Assembly: GCA_047967505.1 (NCBI GenBank) | Contig: CM106538.1 | Source: Dipteris shenzhenensis | Lineage: Eukaryota | Direction: 5' to 3' (one strand) | DNA length: 64,000 nt | Part shown: positions 1 through 12,916 of the stretch, in pieces | Numbering within the stretch: position 1 is the stretch's first letter | Layout of the letters: the number at the start of each line of letters is the position of its first letter | Notes under the pieces: generated by a model | Told to the model about the DNA's origin: nothing | Seen by the model: only the letters and a program-made list of their open reading frames with translations | Database searches by the model: none | Translations under genes and position numbers: made by a program

Positions 1-99
1 TATGTACAATCTAAAGACACTACAAATTTAGAAATGAAAATTGTGGTCATATGGGTCAAGCTCAAAAAAGATGTAGCCTATGTTCAACAACACGTCTTC

Positions 100-1556
100 A
101 TTTCCTCAATTGGTTGCATTGCCACATCCTCATTTACATTGAAACTATGTATTTTTGTCAAAACTACTTCCATGGTAGCTCGCTCTTTTGGATCATGCCT
201 GCATAGCAAGTTCCCGCAATGAACCAAGAGTTAGATTGCAATGTCTCCCTTTATCGAGTTTAGCTCCTACAACATCTATGAGAAGGTTGGCAATTTCTCT
301 AAATAGCCAACCAATAACAAAGCAATCTGACAATCTGGTGCCCATGCGCCCCTGGGATTTGGAATTCTAATCATTGTTCTGGCGCAAACCATGGAAATGC
401 CTTTGAAGGAGCATGAACCAGGTCTTGTGGATACCTACTTTTAGTCCAGTGGAGTCTTTCCCGATCAATAATCACTTCTTGCATGGACTTGTGATCCCTT
501 GTGAAATCCAACATGTAGTTGGTTGCTTGTAGGTCGGTGAGAGCATATCTGTATTTGTGGACTGCTCTCAAATAGCAGCAGCAATAGACAAAGCATGCTG
601 ATAGAACAACCTGCGGCTTGCAACTTGATGAGCGGGGAGTTCCAGGCAAAGCGAGGTCCTTCTCTTGGATTTGTGGACGTAACCCATCTCACACATGCTC
701 CACAATGCTGTGGGAGACACATTAGCATATCGTGCATAGTTCCTCCATTAAAAAATGGACTGACTACCCAAAGCTCTTGAGTGTGTGAGTACCCTAATCC
801 CTGCCAAACACCTCTATGGACCATTGTCATTGCTAGCTCATTCTTTAGTGCTACATGAGTGTGGGCATCATCTCTATTACTCCTCTTGCCAGCATACCAC
901 GATGTTGCTCTAAGACCTGGGACACCCACAACCTGTATCCAAAAACCTTTCCTTCTTCTCCCTTGCCCACCAGTTCATGCATGGTTAGCACTTGCAATGG
1001 AGAGTAGACTGTGTGAGAGCACATGTCGGCAAGTGTTGTACATAGTTGTATTTGTGCTCTCCCTCAACTTGGGCTGGATCAACATTTGCATCTGATCCAC
1101 TAGCCATCTTGGTCATATGGACTAGGGCACTGGCTGTTGCCTTTCCTATAGCCCCTTTCTCCTTTATGTTTTTTCTTCGAGTAAAACCCGCAATGCCTTC
1201 CATTTAGCTAACTAGAGTGCAAGCTTCTCCTCTCCATTATGACAAGCAAGGAGACATTGTTTGCCTTTCCATATATTTCCCACCATTGACCTATAGGGTG
1301 TGCCAATACTCGAGGGAAAATTTTCTCAACTATCAATTTAACGTTTGAACTTAACATTCGGCCACATCCTTGCTAGTTCATGTACAAAAGGTCAAATATA
1401 CGGATTTGCATTGGATCTCATAAATATTTTGACATCGCAATGGCCCAAATTTCTTCGTCACTCAATCCTACCAAGTTTTCAGCTCTCGTTCAACTGATGG
1501 ACAAGCATCCGAACCTCAGCCTTTAACTGGGCTGCTTTGTTCTCTTGTGTTGCCAT
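100..1556 (-). pseudogene. Protein kinase pseudogene (frameshifts and stops)
   Basis: Kinase subdomains appear in order across minus-strand frames: YAGKRS (II), ALKNELA (III), LWVVSPFFNGGTMHDML (V), LTDLQATNYMLDF..VIID (VIb/VII-like), PWFAPE (VIII), TRLSDCFVIGWLFREI (IX), CRHDPKERATMEVVL (XI). Candidate ATG at 1556. No obvious introns. Confidence 0.72.
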
Positions 1557-2106
1557 CAAGGATAGGTGTGTAGTGATTTAATGCATGCAACAATCATTTT
1601 GTAAGCACTAAAACTACTTTAAAATAAACTACACATGAATTACATGACATGCAATGCTAATGTAAATTAAGCTACTCACAAATGACATGCAACACAATTG
1701 ATTGTCATGATGCAAAATAACTTTCATAGAAGTTTGATCCATTGAATAATAAAATACCAAATACGTTTTTCTTTTTAAATGTTAACATCCACAAAGTATA
1801 GTCACACCAAATGCACGGTAATCAGTGATTAGAGGTGATTAGGCTTCATGATCTACTTCAATGGACAAGCTCAGGGAGTTTGATCCCCAAATACCCCAAG
1901 GCCAATGATTGCAGGCAACCTGCACATTCTGATCTACTTCAATGAAAATATCCAAGGAAGGAGTACAACACAAACTCAGGGAGTTTGATCCCCAAATACC
2001 CCGAGGCCAAAGTGTCCAAGCAATGTGCATAGTGGTATGTTCCAGCTGCCAAGTTATAAGTTCCAATTGCCATAGTTGTATGTTCCAGCTCCAAGTTTTG
2101 GTGAAG

Positions 2107-4650
2107 TGTCTCACGGAAGTTAAGCCTTGCCACTCCAGGCTTTGAGCCTCATACACGGGCTTCGAACCGCAAATGGCTTAAGGTGTGAGCGCGCTCCGGG
2201 AGTTTGAGCCCCAAATCGCCTAAGCCTTGGAGACGCGAGGCTAACACAAGCGCTATTTGGGAGTCGGTTAGGAACACCTCCTAATGCCACGTTTGTCCCA
2301 AGTGCTCTTATATGGTTAACACGAGCACTATTTCTGCTAGCAAGGAGAGATGGAAAGAATAGCAATATGCCTTGGCACCCTACGGGCCCAAGAGACATTT
2401 TATTATAAGAGAGGGAGTGTGCTAAAAGGAAAAAGGTTGGTCCTCCCTTCAAAAGGTGACATGTATAAAAGACCAAAGTGTGGACTTTGGTCTTCATTGT
2501 TGTTTGCACAAAATTGAATACAAGCTCCCTCTTCTCTTCCAAGTGAGTGTTTTGGGTGTTCCCTTGTTTGCATTGTAGTGCCCTTGTGTTTGCCACTCCA
2601 TCCCCCTTCACTCTCCTCTTCCCTTCTCCTTCTCCCTTCCTTCTCCCCTCTCTTCTCCCCTCTTCCCCTTCCCTGTTTCTCGCGTGCAACAATCCGGAGG
2701 CCGCTTGAGTGACACTTGCGGATGGCTCATACCTTGCATTTCTCTCACAAGGAGTAGCTTGGAGTGGAGGCTCCATTGGCATCTCTTCAACATCCCCCAC
2801 GACACATGAGTCACTGCTGAGACCCACACATTTTTGGTGCCACTGCTGGTGGGGAATGAAGGTATGCTTTTGCATTGCACTTGTTTTCCTGCATTATCTA
2901 CCCATTGCACAATGCTTCAAGCTTAACTTGGAGCTTTGTTAGTGGAGTTGTAGGAGAGGAAAGGGTGAAGAAGTGAGAGTTTTGGATGGAAAAGTTAGGA
3001 AAGCTATCATTTTTTGTTGGAAAGTCATTTTGGTCATTTGAGGCTTGTTTTTTATGCTTTTTAGTTTTTTGAGTTGATAGGAACCTAGTTTGTGAGATCG
3101 CTAAGGAGTATGTGATGTCCAAACACATAAAAAAACAACAATATGATGATTCTTGAGGAATTTTGAAGTTGTTTTGTGTGCTAGAACCCACCCCTCAAGA
3201 TATCTTGCAAATCCCCAAAAACCAGTTAGCGACGTAGTGTTCCACTATCCCCACAAGTCAGCACCATAGAGTTATCCCATCGACTGGTGCATTAGCAGTA
3301 TCCCATCAATCAAACCATGTTGACCCGACACGTTAGCCATATCTCGTTGACCTAATCTCTAACCACAGACTCACTCGCCGCCTTGATTAAATGCATGTCA
3401 AAGTGCATTATCTTGCCAACCTGACAATCATTGACCCGTGGCCTTAGAACTATCCCATCGACCATTGTTATCTCGCTAATCTGCCATCGGTGCGGTAAGC
3501 CCACCTCAATGCCCATGGTCATATTCGTATTCCACCAATAATCGTGTCAGGCCTATCATGCCTCTATTGCTATATTAATTATGCCAATCATCACATTACG
3601 GCTACTCCACCCGCCCGTTGTGATTTTCTATTCCCATGCCCGTTGCCATAAATACCTCGTCGACTGGTGCATTGATCAAAATCCCACCGACCTCTTTACC
3701 CCACCACCCATTGTCTTAACCTTATCCCTATGCCCGTAGGGATACTACTTGCATCTTATCCTGCCTAACACATGGCAATATTTATTTCGCCAATCGTCAT
3801 GATACACCTACTCTACCGCCCATTGCTATAATTATCCCGCTGACCGCTGCTCTACTAGTATCCTACCGTCCAATGTGACCCCCTATCCCTATGACCATCA
3901 CCATAGAGCTATCCCTATGACCGTTGGAATACCTCTTGGGTAGCCAAGAGTTAAAAAAAAACCAAGAACCTCAGTTCAGCCTAAATGTGCATAGCTAGAG
4001 GTCTCCCACATGCACTTGAGGTCTGGGAGAGTTTTGCCCAAGGATCCCATGCCAAAAGATAGTGCTAGCTATGCTCAACCCACCCTTTGCCCTAGCTAGA
4101 GATTCAAAAGCTAGCCCCCACTCGTTTATAAGACCCTGACAAGAAGATCTATCTAGCTCCGACGAGACAGAGAGCTTGGACAAAGTAATGCAAGACCCCT
4201 CAGGTCCAAGGGTTTCCAAAGCCCCATTCACTAGTGTTGCCTCTCCCAACTCTCCTACACCTTTGGTTGCATCCAGGTTGAGAGGTACCTTCTCCAACAT
4301 GTTCAGACATTTAGGCCAAATAGAGTCGACTGACATGGAGAACTCCTTTGCCAACATGTCGACAGGAAGGGAAGGTCAGTAACATCCAGCTCCCAAACCA
4401 CAGACCGGGATGAAAACCACCTTTGCAGACCCAGGTTCCTCTGCCTATGCAAGACCTCCCCAATGGGAACACATGAAGGATGAAGATCCATAAATGAGGG
4501 AATTCCCAGGGCAAGATCCTAGCTGAGGGGGTGCAAGGAACCTCCAAGGAGGGCCACCTTATGAACCCCCAACATTCTAGGTGCCACCAACCTTTGTCAA
4601 CTATGGGGCACCGCCGTTCCCACCTTATCACCCATTGCATAGAACTAATG
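2107..4650 (+). mobile_element. Possible decayed LTR-retrotransposon (Gypsy-like) 5' portion
   Basis: Abrupt compositional change starting TGTC at 2107, a CT-rich leader, a repetitive C-rich tract at 3230-3930, then MHLRSGRV and a Pro/Ser-rich gag-like reading at ~4010-4600. No pol domains seen and boundaries are approximate. Confidence 0.3.
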
Positions 4651-4660
4651 TTCCCATGCC

Positions 4661-5564
4661 CAGACTTCCACTCTAGTTTGGAAATCTCTCATAACAAGGG
4701 ATTGCTTTTCAAAACTTTTGAAAGAAATTGCAAGCCTATCATAATCTTGTTTTGCAGGGTCTTGTAGCTTAACCTTTGAACTTGCAAAAGTGGTTCTAAA
4801 TAACAACCCCCACTATGGCTACTACAACTTGCTCCACCATGGCTATTCTTTGTATCCTTCCTAGCCTGGAGAGTTTCCTCATTGTATTCTCCATGGTGGC
4901 TAACTCTCTGCCCTATCTTCCTGGCCTTGAATCTCTCTTGTAGCTTTTGCATCACTGCTCTAGTTTTTGAATTCTCCCTTTTTAGTTCCCCCATCATCTA
5001 GTCTATTTCAATGTTTAATCCATTCTGAATGTTGTAGAGCCATTTCTAAAGAGCCTCCTTTTTGACTCTCTGATCTTCAAGATCCTTTTGCATCATTGCT
5101 AGCTCCTTGTCTGTGATGTCCCCATCAGTTCTAACTTCTTCAAGCCTATCTTGGAGCTCCTTGATGTGCTTCTTTGCTTCTTCTCTTCCATGCCTTTCCA
5201 TGTCAACCATTTTTCTAGCGGCCTCAGCTTGCTCTCATGCTTGCAAGGCCCTCACTTATTCCTCCTCTACCTTGGCTTCTGCACCCTCCCTAAGAATTTT
5301 CTCAAGTTGCTATTCCTTTGCTGCATCGGTGGCTTTCTTTTGTAGAAAAGTCGCCTTTGGAGACATCTTCTTATCATATTGCTCAAAAATCCCTTTGAGG
5401 GTAGATTTCATCAGGTGCATTGCAACTCTATCAGACTGAGATGACAATTTGGACTTGCCATTCATGCATTTTTTCAAGTCGGTTATCATGCTCTTGAAGA
5501 TCGCTCTTGAGAAAGAGACATCACATCCTTTGAGTTGCTCTACTACCACCCCTCGATGCAACAT
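4661..5564 (-). pseudogene. Truncated copy of the coiled-coil ORF at 13720-15847
   Basis: Clear nucleotide similarity to ~14500-15405. VVEQLKGCDVSFSRAIFKSMITDLKKCMNGKSKLSSQS matches VVEQLKRCDVSFSRVISKSVITNLKNCMDGKSQLSSQS. In-frame stops present. Confidence 0.75.
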
Positions 5565-5589
5565 GATCTCAATATTATTTGCAATGGCT

Positions 5590-6760
5590 ATTGGTAAGTG
5601 GTTATGGTTGCTAGATATAATCTTTTGGCCTCTAAGGCTCTAAAAAATTGCTGAGTTTTAATAAATGTAAGATCTTCTATTCCATTTTTGCTCAGTATAA
5701 GTTGTTAATTTTTATATAACCTACTATTGGATGTAGATGTAATCTCTTGTACTCAATTTTTACTTGATGAATTGTAGTTGATTATTTGGATGGCACCAAT
5801 AGGCCTCCAGTCACCGTGGTAGCTTGGAATAATTTTGCCCTCATTTTGGATTTATTGCAAAACAAGGATTGAAATAACTGTAAAGTAGGACTATAATTTC
5901 CTTGGTTTAGGATCAAAATAGTGTTAAAATAGCTCCAACAACCCACTGTGGTGGTTGCATGGAGATACATCTAGAAAAATACAATTAAACTTTTAGAAAA
6001 TGCAATTAACAATGTGGCCCTTGAGGGGTTCCCTCTAGGGGCAAGGGCCATATCAACATGCATTATACAATATCCAAGATGCCACAAGAATAGAAATGGC
6101 ATGTTGATATGGCCCTTTCTCCTTAAGGGGACCCCCCAAGGGCCATATCGTCAATTGCATTTTCCTTGGTTGAAAAGGAAATACACTTTCCTTGGTGCGC
6201 TAATATATAACTCCAAGAACCAGTGCGGTGGTTGTCATAGATCTTCATTTGTTTGCCAGCGCGATGGTCATCTTAGATCTCCTTCTATAATAATTAAGAA
6301 AAATAGGTAATGGAGCCATAACTCCAAGAACAAGCGTGGTGGTTGCTCCAAGCCAACTTTGAATTTTCTTGATCTTCACAGGCACGCTGCCCGATGATAG
6401 GTGGCAAAGCTGCTACAAAGGGATGGGCAATGACAGGTGGTCAGTGCACTGCAGTGATGTTCATAATGATAGATTGGGTCTCATTATTAAGCCAAGAACC
6501 AGGCGATGGTCTCTCCAAGCCAACCTTGAATTTTCATGATCTGCATGGGCGTGTTGTCCAGTGACAAGTGGCAAAGCTACGGCAAAAGCCTGCATGATGA
6601 CAAGTGGTCAGGTGAGGGATTGCATGGTGCAAAGCAGTGTAGAGATGCACGATGTTGTGCAAAACTGCCATTTGTTGAGCTCTGTGTTGTTCAAACTACA
6701 TAGGTTGCATCTCATTATTATGCCAATGCAACATCATGATGTCTGGCAAACTTGGTCTTC
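5590..6760. repeat. Dispersed repeat, direct copy of ~17870-19125
   Basis: Collinear similarity by eye, e.g. gttgcatggagatacatctagaaaaatacaattaaacttt is present in both, as is the hairpin block. Confidence 0.85.
5997..6163. repeat. Nested inverted repeat (hairpin), copy 1
   Basis: aaaatgcaatt...tggcccttgagggg...aagggccatatcaacatgc is inverted relative to gcatgttgatatggccctt...ccccaagggccatatcgtcaattgcatttt. Arms are ~65 bp. Confidence 0.85.
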
Positions 6761-7929
6761 AAGTTGTAGTAAACATTCCAAACTTGAACATGAGAGAAAT
6801 AAATTATGGAACAAGGATTTGGAGAAAGATAGTTAAAGCATTACAAGTGCTGTGTTGCATGTGAAGCATGCATCTTGAAGACTATAGGATATAGGAATTT
6901 ATTTAAAAACATCAAAATTTTGTTCTATATATACATACCACTAAGTAATCATTCAAAAGTACACTATCTGAGCTTCTCCTCAATCCAAGGACACACCTAA
7001 ATGAGAATATTAGGCATGGGTTAATGGGCCTCCAATGTTGTGCTAAAGTGATGGATACTCATTTGAGGGCACGCTCCATAACTTTTTTTTGATTTGTTAA
7101 AAACAAAAATAGATTGAAAATTTGAAATCTAAACTAGTGGAACTACTGCATGGTGGTCTTAAAACATTGATCGTTGTTGGTATTGGTATCTAGATTCACT
7201 CTAAAATGGAAAAAGTTGAAAAAGTGCAATTTGTGCATGTGCAAAGATATTTTAATAAATCCAATACTATTTACAATTTTGAATTGTTTCTTTTTCCATG
7301 CACTTGCTTGATATATGGATCATAAGCATGCCAAAGGTAATTTCATTTCATAATACATAGCATCAAACCTGATAGTATGCCCTTTGGCCTATTTGTGTTT
7401 TAAAACATTTTAGGCCACATTGCACTTGTTTGGGATATCCAATTCTGCTGACATGTATCGTTGAAGAGGGGAAAACCAGTGGCTGGAAATTTTGCTACTC
7501 CCACGAATTTTGAATTTTCACACCTCCTGCCCATCAAATCTTGGAAGATTAAGTACCTGCAACCTGCCCCTGCCCTGCAAACACTTGCAACTGATGCACA
7601 CCTTGATGTGACCTTGCGTAGACTTTGGTTTGCCATTGTCTTCTTTCGGGTAAGTTGCCTTCTATTCTTTGCTTGCCTCACCATCTAGCTTCTCTGGTTC
7701 TATTTTGTACTAATTGTGGCCATGGCATCAATGGCAACATGTAGCTCACCATGGCTTGCAAGAGAAGTAGATAGAGGCTGCGAGACAAGATATCTGAAAA
7801 TCCAGGTCAAGGCACAAGGAATAGATTGCGGGTGAAGGAAAGCGTTGGCATGGTATCAAAATAGCAACAACAGAAGATATTTTTGCAACATCAACGAAGG
7901 GAGAAACAATGAGAAGAAAGAAGTGTCTT

Positions 7930-8490
7930 GAACCAGCGTGGTTGAGCAGACATTAATTATTGGCCAACCCGGTGGTTGAAATTATTGTGTTCCTTAGTAC
8001 TTGAACTCGTTAAATTTAATTTCCTACTATTTGGGTCATATACCATTATTTCTAGACCAGGATGGCTTGGACTTAATGTGATTGTCCTAAAGCAGCCCGA
8101 TGCTGGTTCAAGACAAATGATTTAAGATAAACATCAAGCAATTATGACATAAATTGGGACTGAAATTGTGAAATTCAGAAATGAAAAGCAATATATTCTT
8201 ATTTTCTAATTATGAAATTCAGAAATGAAAAGCAATATGCTTGTTATTGTCTAATATGTGAAGTTGAGACTGTTAGGCTAAACCAACCCGATGCTTAAAA
8301 TTGTGGTAGTGTCCTAAACCATCTTGGTGGTTTAAATTGTGACTGTCCTAAATGTGTCCTAAATCAGCCTGATGATTGACTGTCCTAAATGTGTCCTAAA
8401 CCAGCCTGGTGATTGAAATTATGGCTAGTCCTAAACCAGCCTGGTAGTTGAAATTGTGACTATCCTAAACTAGCGTGGTGGTTGAAAATG
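7930..8490 (+). repeat. Degenerate tandem array (~35-45 bp unit, gtcctaaaccagcctggtggttgaaattgtga)
   Basis: Repeated cctaaaccagcctggtggttgaaatt variants immediately upstream of the transposase. Confidence 0.75.
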
Positions 8491-8544
8491 GCTTTGCTTC
8501 ATTATATATTTTAATTAGACTATGTTTTGTCTTGTTTTAGTAGT

Positions 8545-11500
8545 GCAAAAAGAAGGCTCACTATTCTATTGTTCCCCCATGTTGAGTTAGCAGCAGCAGA
8601 CAGAGTTGTATCTTAAGTTTATGGATCAAAATCTAGGCATTTCAATTGGGTAGAGGAGCTTTGAGCATTCTAAGCCCTAGTACATCAGGAAACTCAAAGA
8701 CAGGAATGTTTGTTGTTGCAAAACATACATCGACTTTGACTTGACTCATTGGCAAGCTATGAATGACTTGACATTTAGTCGTGTTGGAGCATTGCTCCAT
8801 GGTAATCAATGCCCATGCCTCCCCAATGAATGCATCATCTATAGGCCACCTGGATCCTCATCATGTGCTGCAAGTGAGAGCAAGTTTTGTAGCCTAAGGT
8901 CTTTGTGGGAGCCAATGGTTTGTCCAAAGGGAGACCATGAGTGGCACCACATTGAATGTATTTGTGGTACATGAAGCATTGCAGTTTAAAGCTAAAGAAG
9001 AAGACATTTCATGTCTATCCAAATGAAATGAGGGAAGACAACCATGTTGCTCTAAAATGGAGGTGATTTGAAAATGTTAATGTTGAAGGATCTGAGAAAA
9101 AGAGATGGCTATTGTCATATAGGAGCACATAGCCAAGGGATCTTATAGGTCATGTGGTTCAATCCATCCCAAAATATGTGCTTCACAATTTCACGGCTAG
9201 CCTAGCAGGATAAGTAGTTCAGGACATGCCTTACCAATTTTCCCCATGACACTATTTTCTTTGTTATAGATTTTGTAGAAAATTATTCATTTGAAGAACA
9301 AGATGAGATACAAAGTGCTCACCGGTACAACAAGCATATAACAATTCTGGTATATCATGTACATTCATTTGCTTGATTCTTCTACGCTTGATGCCAATCT
9401 ACTTGTCGACTCACAAGAGTCGAGGTCACTACAATGCACATACCATTTCTACATTCAGATGATAGGGAACATGACACCTTATTTGTGCAGCAGCATGGTT
9501 TTCTACTGCATTGGGAATGGTTGAAAAACGAAAATCCCCATGCAAAAAATATAAAACAACATTGGATGTGGTCAGATGGTGTTGCCTCTCAATTTAAATT
9601 AGCATGTGGATTCTATTTTGTCTCAAGGTTCAAATCCCTGACCAATCTAGACATGATGTGGAATTTTGTTGGGTCTACCATGGCAAGGGTGAACATGATG
9701 GATGCAGTATTGTTATTAAGCAAGCTTTGTTTAAACACCAATTAACATGCCCTTAAGAAAAATTCAATGATGCCCATGATGTTGTAATATGGCTTACAAC
9801 CAACCTCTCCACAGGTATGCATTCAACATACAGTAAACAAAGCCTTAAGAATAGTCTAGTATGCAGAGTGTTCCATGAAGTGAAGTGGATGAAGTGCAAA
9901 GGAGAAGCTGACACAATTGTGAGAAAATCAAAGGAGTGCGTGGTCTGTACAACATATGGGGCTTTTCAAACAACCAAATAAATAAAACAAGAAATCTTTC
10001 TTGTTTGTAGTGTGTGCATCATAGGGGATATCCAAGGGAGCTTATAGGTTAGATGGTTCAATCCATCCCAAAATATGTGCTTCACGATCTCACGGTCACA
10101 GGATAAGTAGTTCAGGATTGCATTACCAATTTTCCCCATGACATTATTGTCTCTATCATAGATTTTGTTGAAAATTATTCATTTCAAGAACAAGATGAGA
10201 TACAAAGTGCTCACTCGTACAAAAAGCAGAAAAGGAAAATCCCCATGCACAAAACATAAAACAATATTGAATGTGGTCAGATGGTGCTGACTCTCAATTT
10301 AAGTCAGCCTGTGGATTCTACTTTGTCTCAAGGTTCAAATCCTTGGCCAATCTAGACATGATGTGGAATTTTTTTGGGTCTACCATGGCAAGGGTAAACA
10401 TGATGGATGCGGTGTTGTTATTAAGCAAGCTCTATTTAAGCACCAATTAATATGCCCTCAAGAAAAACTTAATGATGCCCATGATGCTATAACATGGCTT
10501 ATAGCCAACCTCTCCACAGGCGTGCATGCAACATATAATAACAAATCCTTAACAATAGTGCAGTACACAAAGTGTTCCATGAAGTGAAAGTAGATGAAGT
10601 GCAAAGGAGAAGTCGGCACGATTGCGAGAAAATTAAAGGAGTGCATGGTCTGCACAACATATGGGGCTTTTCAAACAACCAACTAATTAAAACAAGAAAA
10701 CTTTCTTGTTTGTAGTGTGTGCATCATAGGGGATAGCCAAGGGAGCTTATAGGTCACATGGTTCAATCCATCCCAAATATGTGCTTTACAATTTCACGGT
10801 CAGCTATTGGCAGGATAAACAGTTCAAGACATGCCATACCAATTTTCCCCATGACACTATTGTCTCTGTCATAGATGTTGCTAAAAATTATTCATTTCAA
10901 GAACAAGATGAGATAGAAAGTGCTCACTGGTACAAAAAGCAAATAATAATTCTTGCATATCACATACAGTCATTTGCTTGATTCTTCTATGCCTGATCCA
11001 ATCTACTTATTACTGACTCACAGGAGTCCAGGTCAGTGCAAATGCACATATTGTTTCTACATTCAGATGATAGGGATCATGACACCTTATTTGTGCAGCA
11101 TGGTTTTCTACTGCATTGGGAATGGTTGAAAAAGGAAAATCCCCATGCAAAAAATATAAAACAATATTGGGTGTGGTCAGATGGTGCTACCTCTCAATTT
11201 AAATCAGCCCGTAGATTTTACTTTGTCTCAAGGTTCAAATCCGTGACCGCCGGTCTAGACATGATGTGGAGTTTCTTTGGGTCTACCATGGCAAGGGTGA
11301 ACATGATGGATGCGGTGTTTTTATTAAGCAAGCTCTATTTAAACACCAATTAACATGCCCTCAAGAAAAATTCAATGATGCCCATGATGCTGTAACATGG
11401 CTTACAACCAACCTCTCCACAAGCATGCATTCAACATATAGTAAACAACGCCTTAAGAATAGTGTAGTACGCAGAGTGTTCCATGAAGTGAAAGTGGATA

Positions 11501-12166
11501 AATTGCAAAGGAGAAGCTGGCACGATTGCAAAAAAATTAAAGGAGTGCGTGGTCTGCATAGCATATGGGGCTTCTCAAACAACTAAAAAACTTTTTAAAA
11601 CAAGAAAACTTTCTTGTTTGTAGTGCATGCATCATAGGGGATCATGACGATTGTGAGAACATTGCAACTATGAAGACATGGGAGCAAGTTCAAGTTTTCC
11701 CTCTATGTTCAGATGGAATGACAAAAAATGGAGAGACAAACGATGCCACATTTTGGGGAGAGTTTCGATGACCTCACTGAGTGTCTAGAAGAGGGGGATA
11801 ACTTTGTAGTTGCTGTCACTGCCTCTAGGCAGAACGAAGAAGATGGCCCATACTTTCTGTTTGCAGTGCACAAAACCTAAGCACAAAGTTGAGGAAGCAT
11901 TCAAGGATAATTGGGGAACAACCTATGAGAAGTGGGATGTAGTAGTCGGAGCTTTTTGGTACAAAAAGACATCCAAGAGCGGCCATAATCACAAACTACT
12001 ACGTAAGACTCCACAAATGTTTTTCTACTCTCATCTAGTAAGAGCTATTACGTTCTAGATGCAACCTGTTCCATAACGAAAGAAGGGAAATATTGTCTTC
12101 AAATTGGATTTAGATATGCATGAGCACATCTTGGGGTGTCTTGGAGTGATGGATGAGGACAACTGA
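8545..12166 (+). mobile_element. Sola2-like DDD transposase pseudogene with a triplicated catalytic core
   Basis: Motifs: KPxYIRKLKDRNVCCC, a Cys-rich region, IDFVENYSFQEQDEIQSAH, SDDRDHDTLFVQH, WVWSDGATSQFK, HGKGEHDGCG, C-terminal YSHLVRAITF. Many stops and frameshifts. The Sola2 assignment is from recalled motifs. Confidence 0.7.
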
Positions 12167-12916
12167 GATAGTACTAAGAAAATGTAGTCTCATTGCAACA
12201 AGGAAACAATATTCCACTTATCCTAGCAAATGGAAAATGTATTTGAGACTATGCTTCTCTTAGTAAATCCCAAACTAACCACCACACTTGTTTTTGTAAA
12301 TCCCAAATAATAGATCCCATGCTTTTTAGTATATCCCAAACAGCCATCGTGCTGGTTTTATTATTATTTTTTTGTGTAAATCTCAAACGGTATATCCCAT
12401 GCTTGTTTTTAGTATAGCCCTACAACCAATGCACTAGTTTTATTAAATCCCATAACGAATCCACACATCCACAAATCCATTCATCTTGTAATAATACAAG
12501 CAAACCACCACATTGGTGGATATTAATATCCTAGTGCAACCAACCACCGTGCTGAGATGATCACTTATCCTACACTAGTATCGTGCTATCCTTGCACTAC
12601 TGTCATGCTATCCTAAATTTTTTTGCATATTGCTATTCTAAAACAATCCCCTTTAGACTCGTTATCTTTAACCATCATATTTCAACCACCGAGCTACTTA
12701 AAACATTTAAGTACTAACATGGAAGCAGGTCGATGAAAAATCAGGTATTACGAGCATCATAGATCATGGATGATGGCAGCCGAGAAAGTCCACAAGTCCA
12801 AGAAATGCTTGCAAGATTTTTACTTTTTCAAAATACAATGACATTTTGTGGCTAAAGGAAATTCCTCTTATCAACCTCTTTATAGCAAGCATCTCCCAGC
12901 TCTTTAGGCTAGTCTA

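Noticed and set aside
2120-2875. 251-aa minus-strand ORF
   Set aside because: It is a translation of CT-rich LTR-like sequence with no domain features.
7475-7525. Possible TIR pair with 19120-19175 (gctggaaatttt and aattttgaatttt motifs)
   Set aside because: The two short motifs are in the wrong relative order for a true inverted repeat, and no TSD was found.
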